Source of the DNA: Candidatus Bathyarchaeota archaeon
GTDB lineage: Archaea > Thermoproteota > Bathyarchaeia > 40CM-2-53-6
Direction: 5' to 3'
Assembly: GCA_963833125.1 (NCBI GenBank)
Contig: CAWHWX010000001.1
Coordinates: 64,001-128,000, forward strand
DNA: 64,000 nt
Part shown: piece by piece, positions 40,580-51,618 of the stretch
Layout of the letters: every line of letters starts with the position of its first letter
How positions within the stretch are numbered: position 1 is the first letter of the stretch
Translations under genes and position numbers: made by a program
The notes under the pieces: generated by a model
Seen by the model: only the letters and a program-made list of their open reading frames with translations
The model's database searches: none
Told to the model about the DNA's origin: nothing

Positions 40580-41809
40580 ATGAGTACTTTCGAGAAACTG
40601 GGTTTAAGCCCAGAAATATTGGATGCTATCAAAGCACTTGGGTTCGAGCGACAGTTTCCGATCCAAGAAGCAACGATTCCGCTTCTGCAGCGCGGAACCG
40701 ATGTGATTGGTCAAGCTCATACTGGAACTGGAAAGACCGCAGCCTTCGGGCTACCGCTCCTGGAGATCGTTGACGAAAAGAATCTGAATATTCAGGCGCT
40801 GGTGCTAGTTCCGACACGCGAGCTTGCGGTGCAAGTAGCAGGCGACATTAACTCGTATGGCAGATTCACTCGCAAGCGTGCTCTTGCGATCTATGGTGGT
40901 CAATCAATTAACCTTCAAATGCGCGCCTTGGAAGATTGCCCTCAGATTATAGTTGGAACGCCCGGGCGAATCATCGATCATATAGAGCGCGGATCCGTTC
41001 ACCTTGACAAAGTCCAGTACGTTGTTCTGGATGAGGCTGACAGGTTGCTGGACATGGGTTTCATTGGTGACATTGAGCATATTCTAACTAAGACTAGAAG
41101 TAAACGTCAAATCGCATTCTTCTCCGCAACTATGCCCAAGGATGTACTGAAACTTGCCCGTAGATATATGAAGAATCCTCGCGAAGTTCTGATCGAACCG
41201 GAGGATCTCAGCGTCAGGGAGATCAGCCAATACTACTACCAAGTGGACCATGAAAGAAAACTTGATGCGCTCCTAAGAATCCTGCAGGACAAAGAAGTAC
41301 AACGTGCCATAGTTTTCTGCCGAACCAAACGCAGCACATTCTGGCTGAACCAATCACTCAGGAGAAGAAATCAAGACGCCATAGCGCTAAACGGTGACCT
41401 CAGCCAACATCAACGCGATAGAGCAATGAACTCATTTCGAGGGGGTCACAGCCGTATACTGGTTGCCACTGACCTAGCCGGAAGAGGTTTAGACATTGAC
41501 GGCGTTACACACATCATCAACTATGACGTTCCTGAGAATCCGTATACTTACTTCCACAGGATTGGTCGAACCGGTCGAGCTGGCAAAACAGGAAGGGCAG
41601 TGACGATAGTATCCGCGGAACAAAATAGCGACTTTCGAGCAATACAATCGATGGCAGACGACCGGATTGAGCGACTTAACTTCACCTCTGGCCCTGGGGG
41701 GCGAGAGGAATCGTGGATATCTAGTGGTGAAACTCGTCGCGCTTTCGGGGGAAGATCACAATACCCAAGGCACCGCCGCCATTCAAACTATCGATATTCG
41801 CGCCGCTGA
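40580..41809 (+). CDS. DEAD-box RNA helicase
   Basis: Q motif, TGTGKT, PTRELA, TPGR, DEAD, SAT, ATDLAGRGLD, HRIGRTGR. Confidence 0.95.
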   Translation: MSTFEKLGLSPEILDAIKALGFERQFPIQEATIPLLQRGTDVIGQAHTGTGKTAAFGLPLLEIVDEKNLNIQALVLVPTRELAVQVAGDINSYGRFTRKRALAIYGGQSINLQMRALEDCPQIIVGTPGRIIDHIERGSVHLDKVQYVVLDEADRLLDMGFIGDIEHILTKTRSKRQIAFFSATMPKDVLKLARRYMKNPREVLIEPEDLSVREISQYYYQVDHERKLDALLRILQDKEVQRAIVFCRTKRSTFWLNQSLRRRNQDAIALNGDLSQHQRDRAMNSFRGGHSRILVATDLAGRGLDIDGVTHIINYDVPENPYTYFHRIGRTGRAGKTGRAVTIVSAEQNSDFRAIQSMADDRIERLNFTSGPGGREESWISSGETRRAFGGRSQYPRHRRHSNYRYSRR

Positions 41810-41923
41810 AGCTGCGCATTCATGAAATATTGTAGCGGCTAGTATCCTATACTTCTATACTACCGTAAAATCAGCAAACACATAACAAACGTGACGCCAC
41901 GTCGGGTTTTCCGCGAATCTGGG

Positions 41924-42292
41924 CTAGTCAGTGGGACTCAACTGGAGCGCTCCCTTCCTGACAATGATCTCATCCCCACTTCGTATCCATAGAATTCGTT
42001 CCTCTTCGTGGGGTGTGGATTTCAGTTTCAAAAATTCCCTAATATGTTTGGGAACGGCCGCCCTTCCACCTCTACTGAGGATTGTTTTTCTGAAACTCGA
42101 TTGGAGCGTTCCTCTTCTGACGATCACCTCATCGGCCTTTTGTATCCATAGCAGTTTTTCCCTCTTTTGGGGTGTGTATCTCAGTTTCAATACTTTCATT
42201 ACCTGTTTAGGAACGGTCGTCCTTCCGCCTCTGCTGAGAATTGATATTCCGAGAGGAAGTTCGTTTGCCAAATCTGCACGCAGACACTCCAA
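41924..42292 (-). CDS. Tandem AbrB/MraZ-like DNA-binding protein
   Basis: Internal duplication ILSRGGR..VPK....LKL..TP...E..LWI...DE.IVR.G. Confidence 0.7.
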   Translation of the reverse strand: MECLRADLANELPLGISILSRGGRTTVPKQVMKVLKLRYTPQKREKLLWIQKADEVIVRRGTLQSSFRKTILSRGGRAAVPKHIREFLKLKSTPHEEERILWIRSGDEIIVRKGALQLSPTD

Positions 42293-42397
42293 ATCACCCG
42301 ACTCTTATTAAGCATAAACGAGTTTGGAGCTAGTTACAAATGTGACCGTCCACAAACCCACGGTTTCAACACCACGCAATTTATCAGCTCGATTTCT

Positions 42398-42481
42398 TGC
42401 GTGTACGCACACCACCCACTTGCAACATGATAAATCGATGAAGATCTCCAGTGGTAGTGCGCACCCACACCAAAACGGACG
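42398..42481. repeat. Degenerate family A copies
   Basis: GCGTGTACGCACACCACCCAC; GTGGTAGTGCGCACCCACACCAAAACGGACG. Confidence 0.55.
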
Positions 42482-42556
42482 CTACATCGCCGGCTTACTG
42501 TGTTGATGGGAACGACAAATGGCGAAGCGGAGTGGGCAATTAAAGCCGGGAACGCT

Positions 42557-43956
42557 TCACCGTGTAGTCGAAGATGAGAGCTTCCTTCTCGAAGTAGCTA
42601 TGGCGATTCCGCCCAGCACTACTGCTATGGCTATCGCCGCATACCCGAGGTACATAGCGTTACTCGTCTGATTCTGAAGATTCGCGAGTGAGTTTTGAAG
42701 AGCGCTTTGGGAAGCTTGTACAATACTTATCTGGTCACTCAACGCGCTTACCGCCGTCTGGTTCTCGACTGCGCCCAGCAACTGGACCTTCACGGATGAG
42801 CTTGCGATGTTTCCCACAATCGTGGTCTTCGAAGCGTTGAACACTCCGATCCCGTAGACTTCATTCTGGATAGTATTTCCCATTACTAGAGTGTCCGTCA
42901 CTGGATCATTGGTGGGTGATAGCACGGCTATTGCCGTCGGAGCTGGCTGGGGAAAGTCGTAGTCCGGTCCGTTTCCGCTCAAGACGTTTCCTATGACGCT
43001 GTTACCCGCCACCGTTGTGTTCGGTGAGCTGCCATCGATGTCAACGCCTTCGGTTGCGCTGTTTACGATCGTGTTATCCTTCACGGTATTATTGACCACG
43101 GGATGTCCCAGGTATGGGCGTCGCCACGACAACTCCTTCGGCATTGCCTGAAACAACGTTGTTAAGGATCACATTGTCCAGCACCCCCTGACCCGGATCA
43201 TATGCAGAAACCACAATTCCGCAGCCTCCGACATTGTTGATGACAGTGTTGTCGGCGACCAAGTTGTTGGTGGATGGGTGGTTTGCACCGGGTGTAGCAG
43301 GATGGAACACGTTTTCGACTATTCCCAGGATCGAGCGGTCCGTCATCGCTGATTCCGATTCCCCCATCACCGACGCTTCCGACAACTGTGTTCCCGATAA
43401 CGGTTGACTGTGAGCTTCCGACGAGTTGTATCGCTTTGTCGTCCAGGATACATGACGGAGTACTGGCGAGGATGTTGATAGGACAAACCTGACTCGCGTT
43501 GAGGACGCTGTTGAACACGTAGTCGAACTGAACGTCACGCGAGGCGTCCTGGACGTATATCCCTTGGGCGTTGGCGTTTTCAACTGTGAGGCCTTCGATC
43601 GTCGTTCCATTCGCATTTGCGCCGGTGATCGCGACGCCATTGAGCGCACCGGCAGCATTGATGATCGTATTTGTCGGTTGTGAGCTTTCTGATTCCAGAG
43701 TCAGCGGTTTGGTTATTGTCACGGATTCGGTATAAGTCCCTGGAGCAATCTTGAGGATTGCGCCAGCTGGTGCGACGCTAACTGCGTAAGTAATGTTCGC
43801 GTAGGGATTGGTTGATGAACCGTTACCTTTGGCGTCGCTTCCGGTGGGGCTTACGTAAATGATCGTCGGTTGCTGACCGTGAACCGCGATAACGGGAAGG
43901 GTTGATAGGAAACAGATAATGAGGATTGTCAGTTCAAACTTCTTGAGGGTCGACAT
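42557..43956 (-). CDS. Secreted parallel beta-helix (NosD/DUF1565-like) protein with C-terminal TM anchor, split by frameshifts
   Basis: Signal peptide, IYVSPTGSD..GNGS..NPY..I, Asn/Gly-rich PbH1 repeats across three ORFs, TM followed by RRK. Confidence 0.75.
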
Positions 43957-44058
43957 CTTTCTGCCGATATATTCTTGCCGCACTCGTCTAAGCCTCTCCC
44001 CATTGGTCCGTAGCGTCCTCTAAAATAAATTACACTGAGAGATACTTCGCTTTCTTGA

Positions 44059-44074
44059 TGCGCACCAATAGACC
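44059..44074 (-). repeat. Family A core
   Basis: Reverse complement GGTCTATTGGTGCGCA. Confidence 0.6.
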
Positions 44075-44280
44075 TCGCCGGATGCGATTGCAGATTATTC
44101 CCAATAGACTGCAACGTGACTCCATAGGCCACGATCGGCTGCGTGACTCGAAGGAAAATCCTCGCAGACATCGTCGGGAGAGTCACTCTCGATTAGAGCG
44201 AGCTCAGTTCGTTCTTAACTTAAATATGGGTCGTTACGAGTTGTCGCAAAGGTATTTCCGCGTGACGCAAAGAAACACAT

Positions 44281-45856
44281 GTGTTTGTGCGTGATGCAAC
44301 TGGCCTGACACGGCAGATCGGAACCTGGGAATCATTCTTGGGGAATATCCTCGCTATGGGGATAGCCTACTTCTTCGTCTTCGAGTTCTTTGCTACTTTG
44401 CTATTCCCGGGAGTGAACCTTCCAATTACCGTGTTGGTAACGTTGATTCCAGGCGTGGTCGTTGCGCTCCTTTACTATCTGTTCACGGTAGCCATGCCCC
44501 GAACCGGTGGAGACTATGTTTGGACAAGTAGGATATTGCATCCATCTCTCGGTTTCATGACAAATCTTCTGCTCACGTTCACGTGGCTTAGCAGCATAGC
44601 TACAGCGGTCGCGTGGGGCATTAGTTATGGCATGGTTCCCTCGCTGGCCGCGATCGGCCTGGTCGACAACAATCCAGCACTGACCAGCCTTTCTGCAATG
44701 CTTAACGTCGCCAATGAACGCCTTTATCTTGACCTCCGTTTTGATCGCCGTCTTCATTCTTCCCATCTTGCTGGGAACTAGGATTTCATTTCGCGTTATG
44801 ATGGTAATGTTTGTAATATCTCTCATAGGCACGCTAGTGACCGCCGCGGCATTCTATTCCGCCCCGCAGGCCACATTTATCGCGAATTTCAACAAATTTT
44901 CGGGCATGAACTATGCCACTACGATTAGCACGGCTGCACTCCCGTTGGGTTTTGCCGCAACAGCGACTCTTACTGGATCAATTTTCACAATGACGAACTT
45001 TCTAGGGTTCTTCAGCTCATCTTACTTCGCAGGTGAGGTAAAGCGGGTTGCACGCTCTCAGGTCATAGCAATGTTTGGCTCGCTATTCTTCCTCATGGCG
45101 ATCGCATTCTTAGTTTACGGCTCGGCTTACTACTCCGCCGGTTCAGATTTTCTCAACGCGATTTCCACCCTAGCTGGAACAGGAGCCACAAGTTACACAT
45201 TGCCCGCGGTTCCGGTTTTGAATTTCCTAGTAGCATTTGCTACACCTAACCCGTTTGTGATAGCACTTTCCGGGATTGCGCTCTTGGCGACGGGCTTAGG
45301 TGGAACAACACTTTTTGCGTTCGTATGCGTAAGGAACCTATTTGCCTGGTCGTTTGACAGGGTAATGCCAACGGCTATGACCAGGCTTGACTCAAAGAGA
45401 GGAGCACCTTACGTCGCGGTGCTCGTAATTCTCGTACTTGCCATTGTCTTCGCCGCTGTCTATTTCTTTACTCCGTTTTTCACTTTTTACGTTTACGCGA
45501 CGCTTAACCTCTTCATAGTATTCATAATGGTTTCAATAGCAGCGATCCTCTTTCCATACAGACAAAAATCCATTTTCGAGGCTTCTCCAAGGACAGTGAG
45601 GTGGAAGATCGGAGGAGTACCATTCATAACGATTCTCGGAATAATAGGTGTGATCGTGAACGCGTATTTTGGTTACGCAACGACTTCCCCAGCCATTACG
45701 CCGCCGCCTAGCGGAGCCGTTCTCCAGTCCCTCGCTTTTGCAAGCGTTCCTCTTACCATAATTGCGGGCTTACTGATATACGCGGTCTCCTATTACGTGA
45801 GAAAGTCACAGGGCATCACTCTAGGCCTCGCGTTCAAACAACTCCCGCCAGAGTAA
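44281..45856 (+). CDS. APC family amino-acid permease; frameshift near 44710
   Basis: FVRDATGL.R, AMPRTGGDYVW.SR.LHP, AGEVK, FAWSFDR..P, FKQLPPE. Confidence 0.88.
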
Positions 45857-45980
45857 GACGAAACATCGTCACGACACTCACCTTCTCCAAGTCAAGAGAA
45901 ATAGTGGCCATGTTCCATCTCAGTAATGCTACTTCATGCAAGGTTACCTCGATATTAGCCGGACGCGACAACGCCATTTG

Positions 45981-46889
45981 ATGAAAGCAATGGTCAAGAG
46001 AACTGAAGGCAAAGTCAGGGTACTGGGCTTCAAGCTCTTCTACAAGGTCTTCAGTCCCGAGAGTTACAATAGCACGCTCGTCTGTTTGCATGGTGGACCT
46101 GGAGCGACTCACGACTATCTCTTGCCGCTTGCGGATCTTGCAGACTTCGGATTTCGTGTCGTATTCTATGATCAGCTAGGCTGTGGAAGCTCGGAACTCC
46201 CCAAGAACCCTGCCCTCTACATAGTCGAGAGAGCAGTCGAAGAATTGGAAGCTTTCAGACGGACGTTGAAACTCGGACGGATACACCTAATGGGCTCTAG
46301 CTACGGCGGAATGCTCGCCCTTGCATACGCACTCAAATATCAAAGAAATCTCAACAGCATAATCACAACTGGAGGTCTCGCAAGCGTCCCTCTCACTGTT
46401 GCAGAGATGCAGAGGCTAAAGTCTCAGTTGCCGCTGAAGATTAGAAGGATACTCGAAAAGTACGAAGCGCTAGGAGAGTACGAAAATCCCGCATATGAAA
46501 AAGCGGTCATGTTCTTCTACCGGAAACATCTCCTCAGGCTTCGAAAGTGGCCGCCTGAGCAGAATTACACGATGGCCCACCTCAGCAAGCCCGTCTACTT
46601 CACAATGAACGGACCAAACGAGTTCACAATAATCGGAAACACAAGGTATTGGGACGTGACAGGTCAACTTCACACGATACGAGTACCCACGTTAGTTACT
46701 GGCGGGAAGTACGATGAGGTGACTCCCAAGGTCGCTCGAAGCATTCACAGGGAAATTAAAGGGTCGAAACTTGTCACGTTTCGAAAGAGCTCACATCTTC
46801 CCATGTGGGAGGAGAGGGAAAAATACATCCAAACTCTCAGAAGGTTCTTGTTTTCAGTCGACTCTGGACTTGCAATGAGACAAGCATAG
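45981..46889 (+). CDS. pip: Proline iminopeptidase (alpha/beta hydrolase, tricorn factor F1-like)
   Basis: LHGGPG, YDQLGCG.S, GSSYGG, MNGPNEF, SSH. Confidence 0.9.
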   Translation: MKAMVKRTEGKVRVLGFKLFYKVFSPESYNSTLVCLHGGPGATHDYLLPLADLADFGFRVVFYDQLGCGSSELPKNPALYIVERAVEELEAFRRTLKLGRIHLMGSSYGGMLALAYALKYQRNLNSIITTGGLASVPLTVAEMQRLKSQLPLKIRRILEKYEALGEYENPAYEKAVMFFYRKHLLRLRKWPPEQNYTMAHLSKPVYFTMNGPNEFTIIGNTRYWDVTGQLHTIRVPTLVTGGKYDEVTPKVARSIHREIKGSKLVTFRKSSHLPMWEEREKYIQTLRRFLFSVDSGLAMRQA

Positions 46890-46916
46890 AGTTAGTGATT
46901 GAAGGTTCCCTTACGG

Positions 46917-47736
46917 TTATGCTTCAGGTTTTGATAGCCAATATCGAGCGATTTCTTGCGCCGTCGCTATCCAGACTCCTTCATGGGACTTGACATGCGT
47001 TATTATTTTTTCAAGCGTTTTGCTTGGAGCTGGCCTACCTGTAACCAGCGGGTGCATTGTTAGGCAATAGAATTTTCCTTCCTCATATAGGACATCGAAT
47101 TCATCTCGCCAGAGCTGGAACACTTCTTCCGGCGAGTATCCCCTCTCCGTAGTTATCGTAATCGTCGAGGGTAACGGCGCTGGGAAGTTCAACAATATGT
47201 TTCCCATCGTCGAACTTGTGAATGTAGGGTAGATCGTTGTCGAGTGCATCACCCCTCCAGATGAACCCGCCCATCTCATGGAGCAGGTTGATGGTGCTCT
47301 TGCTAGGATTCCAATCCGGAGTCCTGTGTCCGACCGGCCTTTTCCCTAGAATCTTCTGAACAATGTCAACCGTCTTTTGAATATCCATTTTCTCCTCTTC
47401 CTCTTTCATGTTGTAGTATGGGCGATGATCCCATCCGTGAACGGCGACCTCATGGCCCTTGTCTCGTATCGCCTTCACAACATCAGGCCTCTTCTCTGCG
47501 GTTCTCCCAACCATGCAGAATGTCCCCTTCACGTTCTGTCGATCGAGGATTCTCAAGACGCGCCACGTCCCGGCGTTTGTATCATAGTAGCCCTGACTAA
47601 CGTAGAACATTTTGTCCGGTCCGAATGAGTCAATCATTCCCGATTCGTCATCGTTGTCAAAAGAGAATACAACCGCGCATCTAATACCTGGAGGCCATAT
47701 TTTTTCGCTAGACAAACTCTTATCGCATCCACACAA
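46917..47736 (-). CDS. Polysaccharide deacetylase (CE4); frameshift near 47140
   Basis: SFDND, HEVAVHGWDH, G.R.P, then W..EFD...TMHP..TGRP in the second frame. Confidence 0.85.
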
Positions 47737-47869
47737 TTTTCGTGAGAATCAATCTTCGCAGTTGACCCTGACAGAATATTTGAGTTTTTTCATCACGCTG
47801 TGGGAGTGCTCGAGTCGTTCTTTGAAGGGTTTTTGCGGGCGACGGCGTCGAATGGCTCAATCATCGTTT

Positions 47870-47905
47870 CTGTGTGGTGGGGGGTATGCTGGTGCGCACA
47901 CACAG
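47870..47905 (+). repeat. Family A repeat
   Basis: CTGTGTG GTGGGGGGTATGCTGGTGCG CACACACAG. Confidence 0.8.
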
Positions 47906-48191
47906 CTTCTTGGGCATCCATCTTAGCCCTTTCGTGACAACATATCATAATGTGAAGCGTTCCTAGTGATACGTGGAAAGGGCGGCTTTTCGATCTTTCT
48001 TCTTCTCGCGTGCTTTCGACTCCCTCTTATCTCTAGCAGCCGTCCACGCTTTCTTAGATGCCCTACTCTGCTTTGCCATACATTAATCACCTCTCAGACA
48101 CAACATAGTACTCACACTCGAATAAGCAACTTCCGACGCTTTCGTAAAACTGGCCTTTATCTGCAACTTACCAGCTGTTCAATTACGAAGC

Positions 48192-48731
48192 ATGAAGGTG
48201 AAGGTCCTCGTGGAACCTATCCTGGCGACTTCGACTGTATACATTTTCGGCGGAGGCCATATCGCTGTGCATCTGGCTCAGTTCGCAAAGGCGCTTGACT
48301 TCGCAGTGATAGTGGTTGACGACCGAGAAGAGTTCGCTAATGGAAAGCGCTTTCCCATGGCTGACGAGGTGAAGTCTGGCGATTTCGTTGAAGTAATCAA
48401 GTCCATTGATTTCGCTGCAGAGGATTGCGTCGTCATAGTGACTCACGAGCACCAGCATGATGAAGTCGTCTTGAAAGAATGCCTCTCCAAGAAGAGACTA
48501 CCCGGCTACATAGGCATGATTGGGCATAAAGAGAAAGTCACAGCAAACTTCTCTCACCTGAAAGAACAGGGCATCACAGAAGAGCTGTTGGCAAGAGTAA
48601 ACGCGCCGATAGGGTTGGACATAGGATCCCACACGCCGGCCGAAATAGCGCTGAGCATAATGGCAGAAATTATCGGCCACAAGCATGGAAAGAACAATAA
48701 AGAAGACTACGGGCCGATGAGAAATCTTTAG
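48192..48731 (+). CDS. XdhC family protein, C-terminal Rossmann domain only
   Basis: FGGGHIA, DDR, YIGMIG, PIGLDIG..TPAEIA.SI; lacks the CoxI N-terminal domain. Confidence 0.8.
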   Translation: MKVKVLVEPILATSTVYIFGGGHIAVHLAQFAKALDFAVIVVDDREEFANGKRFPMADEVKSGDFVEVIKSIDFAAEDCVVIVTHEHQHDEVVLKECLSKKRLPGYIGMIGHKEKVTANFSHLKEQGITEELLARVNAPIGLDIGSHTPAEIALSIMAEIIGHKHGKNNKEDYGPMRNL

Positions 48732-48735
48732 GAGT

Positions 48736-48951
48736 TTACTGCGGCGTTGTCTCTTTTGCCCCATCCCAAACCCAATTACAAGTGCAGTCTTTCTCAATGC
48801 AACGCTTTCTTACCGGAGAGCTATTCGCGAAATGATTGATGACGGGGTGCCCGCAATTCTTGCAGCTCACATATTCGAGGGATTGGGTTTGAACGGTAGT
48901 TTGAGGAAGCATGAACGGAGAGCTTGCAGGAGGGGTTAGATTAATTCGCAC
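48736..48951 (-). CDS. Small putative Zn-binding protein
   Basis: CKNCGH...H.........C....C.C. Confidence 0.5.
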   Translation of the reverse strand: MRINLTPPASSPFMLPQTTVQTQSLEYVSCKNCGHPVINHFANSSPVRKRCIEKDCTCNWVWDGAKETTPQ

Positions 48952-49151
48952 AACATTTACGCCATAATTCAGCCGCGGAAATTCGTCATGATTAACAAGC
49001 CGGTATATTCCCGAACCGCCATGTCAACTGGAAAACTCAGACACGCCCGCGTTCTCGTGTCTTTCGGTTTCTCCCGTCATCCCAACAAACAACCAAACAG
49101 GCTTTCGTAAGCTAGAATTTGGAATCGAGAGGCAAAGAGACAGTCAGTTGG

Positions 49152-49806
49152 TCAACTTTTCTTTCGCAGAGTAACGAAGAAGAGGTTTCGAGGAAGTTCT
49201 CCTTCCTGGAATTGCTGGACATCCATTATCTCGTATCCTTCTGCCAAAGATTCCACTTGTTTTTCATCAAAGAAACGAACGACGAACCCATCAGTTTCGT
49301 ACATATCCTCACCCCTAGCGATTCCTCTCGCGTAATGCGGATCCTGTTTTGTTCTGACGGTGAAAATGTTCAGGCCGTTAGCTTTGAGAATTCGTTTCAC
49401 CTCTCGTGAAAGAGATTCGAGCTGATCCACTGTTAAGGCCATAGAGTACAACATGTGAGAGTAGCAACCGTCCATAGATTTGCTTGGAAAGGGAAGTGGA
49501 GGTTCGCACGTCATGACACATGGAAATTACTGAATTGGAAAGTCCTAACGCTTGTGCCGTTCTCTTCAATGCGTCTATTGCAGTCTTACTGTAATCTATC
49601 GCATGCACTCTAACACCATGTAGGGCGAAAAATAACGTGTCTCTACCGTGACCACATCCGAGTTCAAGGATGTCGCGGATGTCGTTTGCCTTGAATTGTT
49701 GTAGTGCCCTTTGTGCGGCGAAGCTTGGAAGTTTGCCGTACAGAGTTGGTTCTTTTGAATAGGTGCTTTCCCAATGCTCAACTTGTCTGTTCAGCAGATC
49801 CTTCAT
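49152..49806 (-). CDS. Class I SAM-dependent methyltransferase; frameshift near 49495
   Basis: ILELGCGHGRD motif I, then PLPF...D..YS and RILK.NG in the second frame. Confidence 0.85.
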
Positions 49807-49918
49807 TTTACCAACGCCTGCTTTCAGTTTTCTTTGCTACCTGCGTATTTTCGATAAGCTTGGAGAAATAGAACGATCCCCAGAGTCGTTGAATGTGACC
49901 GCTTCAGAAGTGTGTTTC

Positions 49919-50617
49919 TTACAATCCTGTTAGTCCGGAGTTTACTTTGATGTTCTCTTCGTAGTGATCGGGTTTAGGCGGCCATCCTTCTTTCATGTAT
50001 TGCAGGAAATCTTCTCTTGCCTTCAGTTTCAGTGCCGGGTTGGTTCGACGTTCGAGTCCAATTGTGGATGAAGCATCGCCTGACACGAAGTGGGTCTTCC
50101 CCACGTGGCCAGGCATCACCTCGACGTGATCTTCGAGCTTAAGCAGCTTGTTGAAGATCGAATCATAGAGTTGGTTCGGGTCGCCTCTGCCGAGGTCGGT
50201 TCGCCCCACATCCCCGACTAATAGTGTATCACCCGTCAGTACCGACTTGTCCTCAACGAGAAGACTGACGTGTTCAGGCGCGTGGCCCGGCGTATGAAGG
50301 ACCCGGAACTTCAAGTTGGCTATATGGTATTCTTGCTCTGTTAGAGGAACGAACGGAAACTTGACCGGGCTTGTCTCATACATGTAGATTGGGCAATCAT
50401 TGAGTTTCTGTATCTCACGGGTGCCGGAGATGTGATCAGCGTGGATGTGCGTATCGATAACGCCTACGATTTTGCCCTCTTCTTGCTGGGCTTTCTTCAT
50501 GAACCGTTCAACATCAATCAACGGGTCGACTAGAACGAATTCTTTCCCAGAACCGGCTAAGTAAGTGCAGCATCCAGAATCTTGGGCAATCATCTGGTGG
50601 AGCAGGCGATTCACCAA
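49919..50617 (-). CDS. MBL-fold hydrolase (ETHE1/persulfide dioxygenase-like)
   Basis: DTHIHADH, TPGH, TGD.L, GRTD, PGH. Confidence 0.88.
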   Translation of the reverse strand: MVNRLLHQMIAQDSGCCTYLAGSGKEFVLVDPLIDVERFMKKAQQEEGKIVGVIDTHIHADHISGTREIQKLNDCPIYMYETSPVKFPFVPLTEQEYHIANLKFRVLHTPGHAPEHVSLLVEDKSVLTGDTLLVGDVGRTDLGRGDPNQLYDSIFNKLLKLEDHVEVMPGHVGKTHFVSGDASSTIGLERRTNPALKLKAREDFLQYMKEGWPPKPDHYEENIKVNSGLTGL

Positions 50618-50633
50618 CTCATCCAGTGATTAG

Positions 50634-51600
50634 CTAGTGGCGTCGGTAGGGTTGTCCGGTGAAGGTGAATGTTTTGAATAATTCGTATACTTTGTCTGGT
50701 ATGCCTTCGACGACGTTGAGGCCTATGGCTCGGGCTACGTCGAGTGTTATGGGTGTGGCGTGGGACATGTAGCCGCGGGCGAGGAAGTCGGCGACTCGTT
50801 CCGCTTGTTCCTTATCCATCTTTCCCTGCAGGAGCCACATTACGAATGCTTTGGCGTTTTCTATTTCGAGGTTGGCGACATCTGACATTATGACCATGCG
50901 GTCGGTTATGTTCTGAATTGGTTTTGTTTTCGCTAGGGTGGTGATTGAGCCAGCGGGGTACATGCCGTCTGGTGTTGGAATCTGTGGGTCCACGGGGCCG
51001 AGAACGCTGTACTTCTCCATCCGTATCTCACCCGCTGCTAAACTCATTAGAGAACCTCCGGACATCGCGTAGAATGGTACCATGACGGTAACTTTCGATG
51101 GATGGAATTTGATCGCCATAGCCATCATTTGAGCCGCCAACGCGTAGCCTCCGGGAGTGTGGATGATGAAATCTATGGGCGTGTCCGGTGGAATCTTACG
51201 CATCTTCTGAAGAATACCCTCAGTGTCCTCAATTCCAATTTCGGGATCTGCGTCAGGCTCGGTCCAGAGCTCCTTTTTGTGAATCATCGTGAGAACTCTG
51301 GTTCCACGCTCCTTCTCCAGATCTTCGATGATGCTTTGGCGCCACGCTAGAATCCCTGCCTTGGTCGTAGGCCGCTTGAATTCTGTCTCTGCTGGGGTTT
51401 CCTTGGGGCTTAGCGCTCCCTCCCTTTCCTCTGAGGATTCAGTTTCCTCTTCCTTCTCGTCGTCTTCTTCTTCCTCGTCCTTGGATCTCTGTTTTCCATT
51501 GGGTGGGTTAATTTTGCGAAGCACGTAGAGGAGTGCGGTTGAGTTAATGGCAGTAATAGCGAGTAATCCCTAGTCCGAGGAAGAGTTCCGCGTCATCCAT
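50634..51600 (-). CDS. SDH-family ClpP-class serine protease with N-terminal TM and acidic linker; frameshift near 51569
   Basis: HTPGG, AMSGGS, LGPVDPQ, SH..PI; N-terminus MDDAELFLGL/GLLAITAINSTALLYVLR restored by removing one G. Confidence 0.85.
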
Positions 51601-51618
51601 CCTAGATCCCTTACTCCT

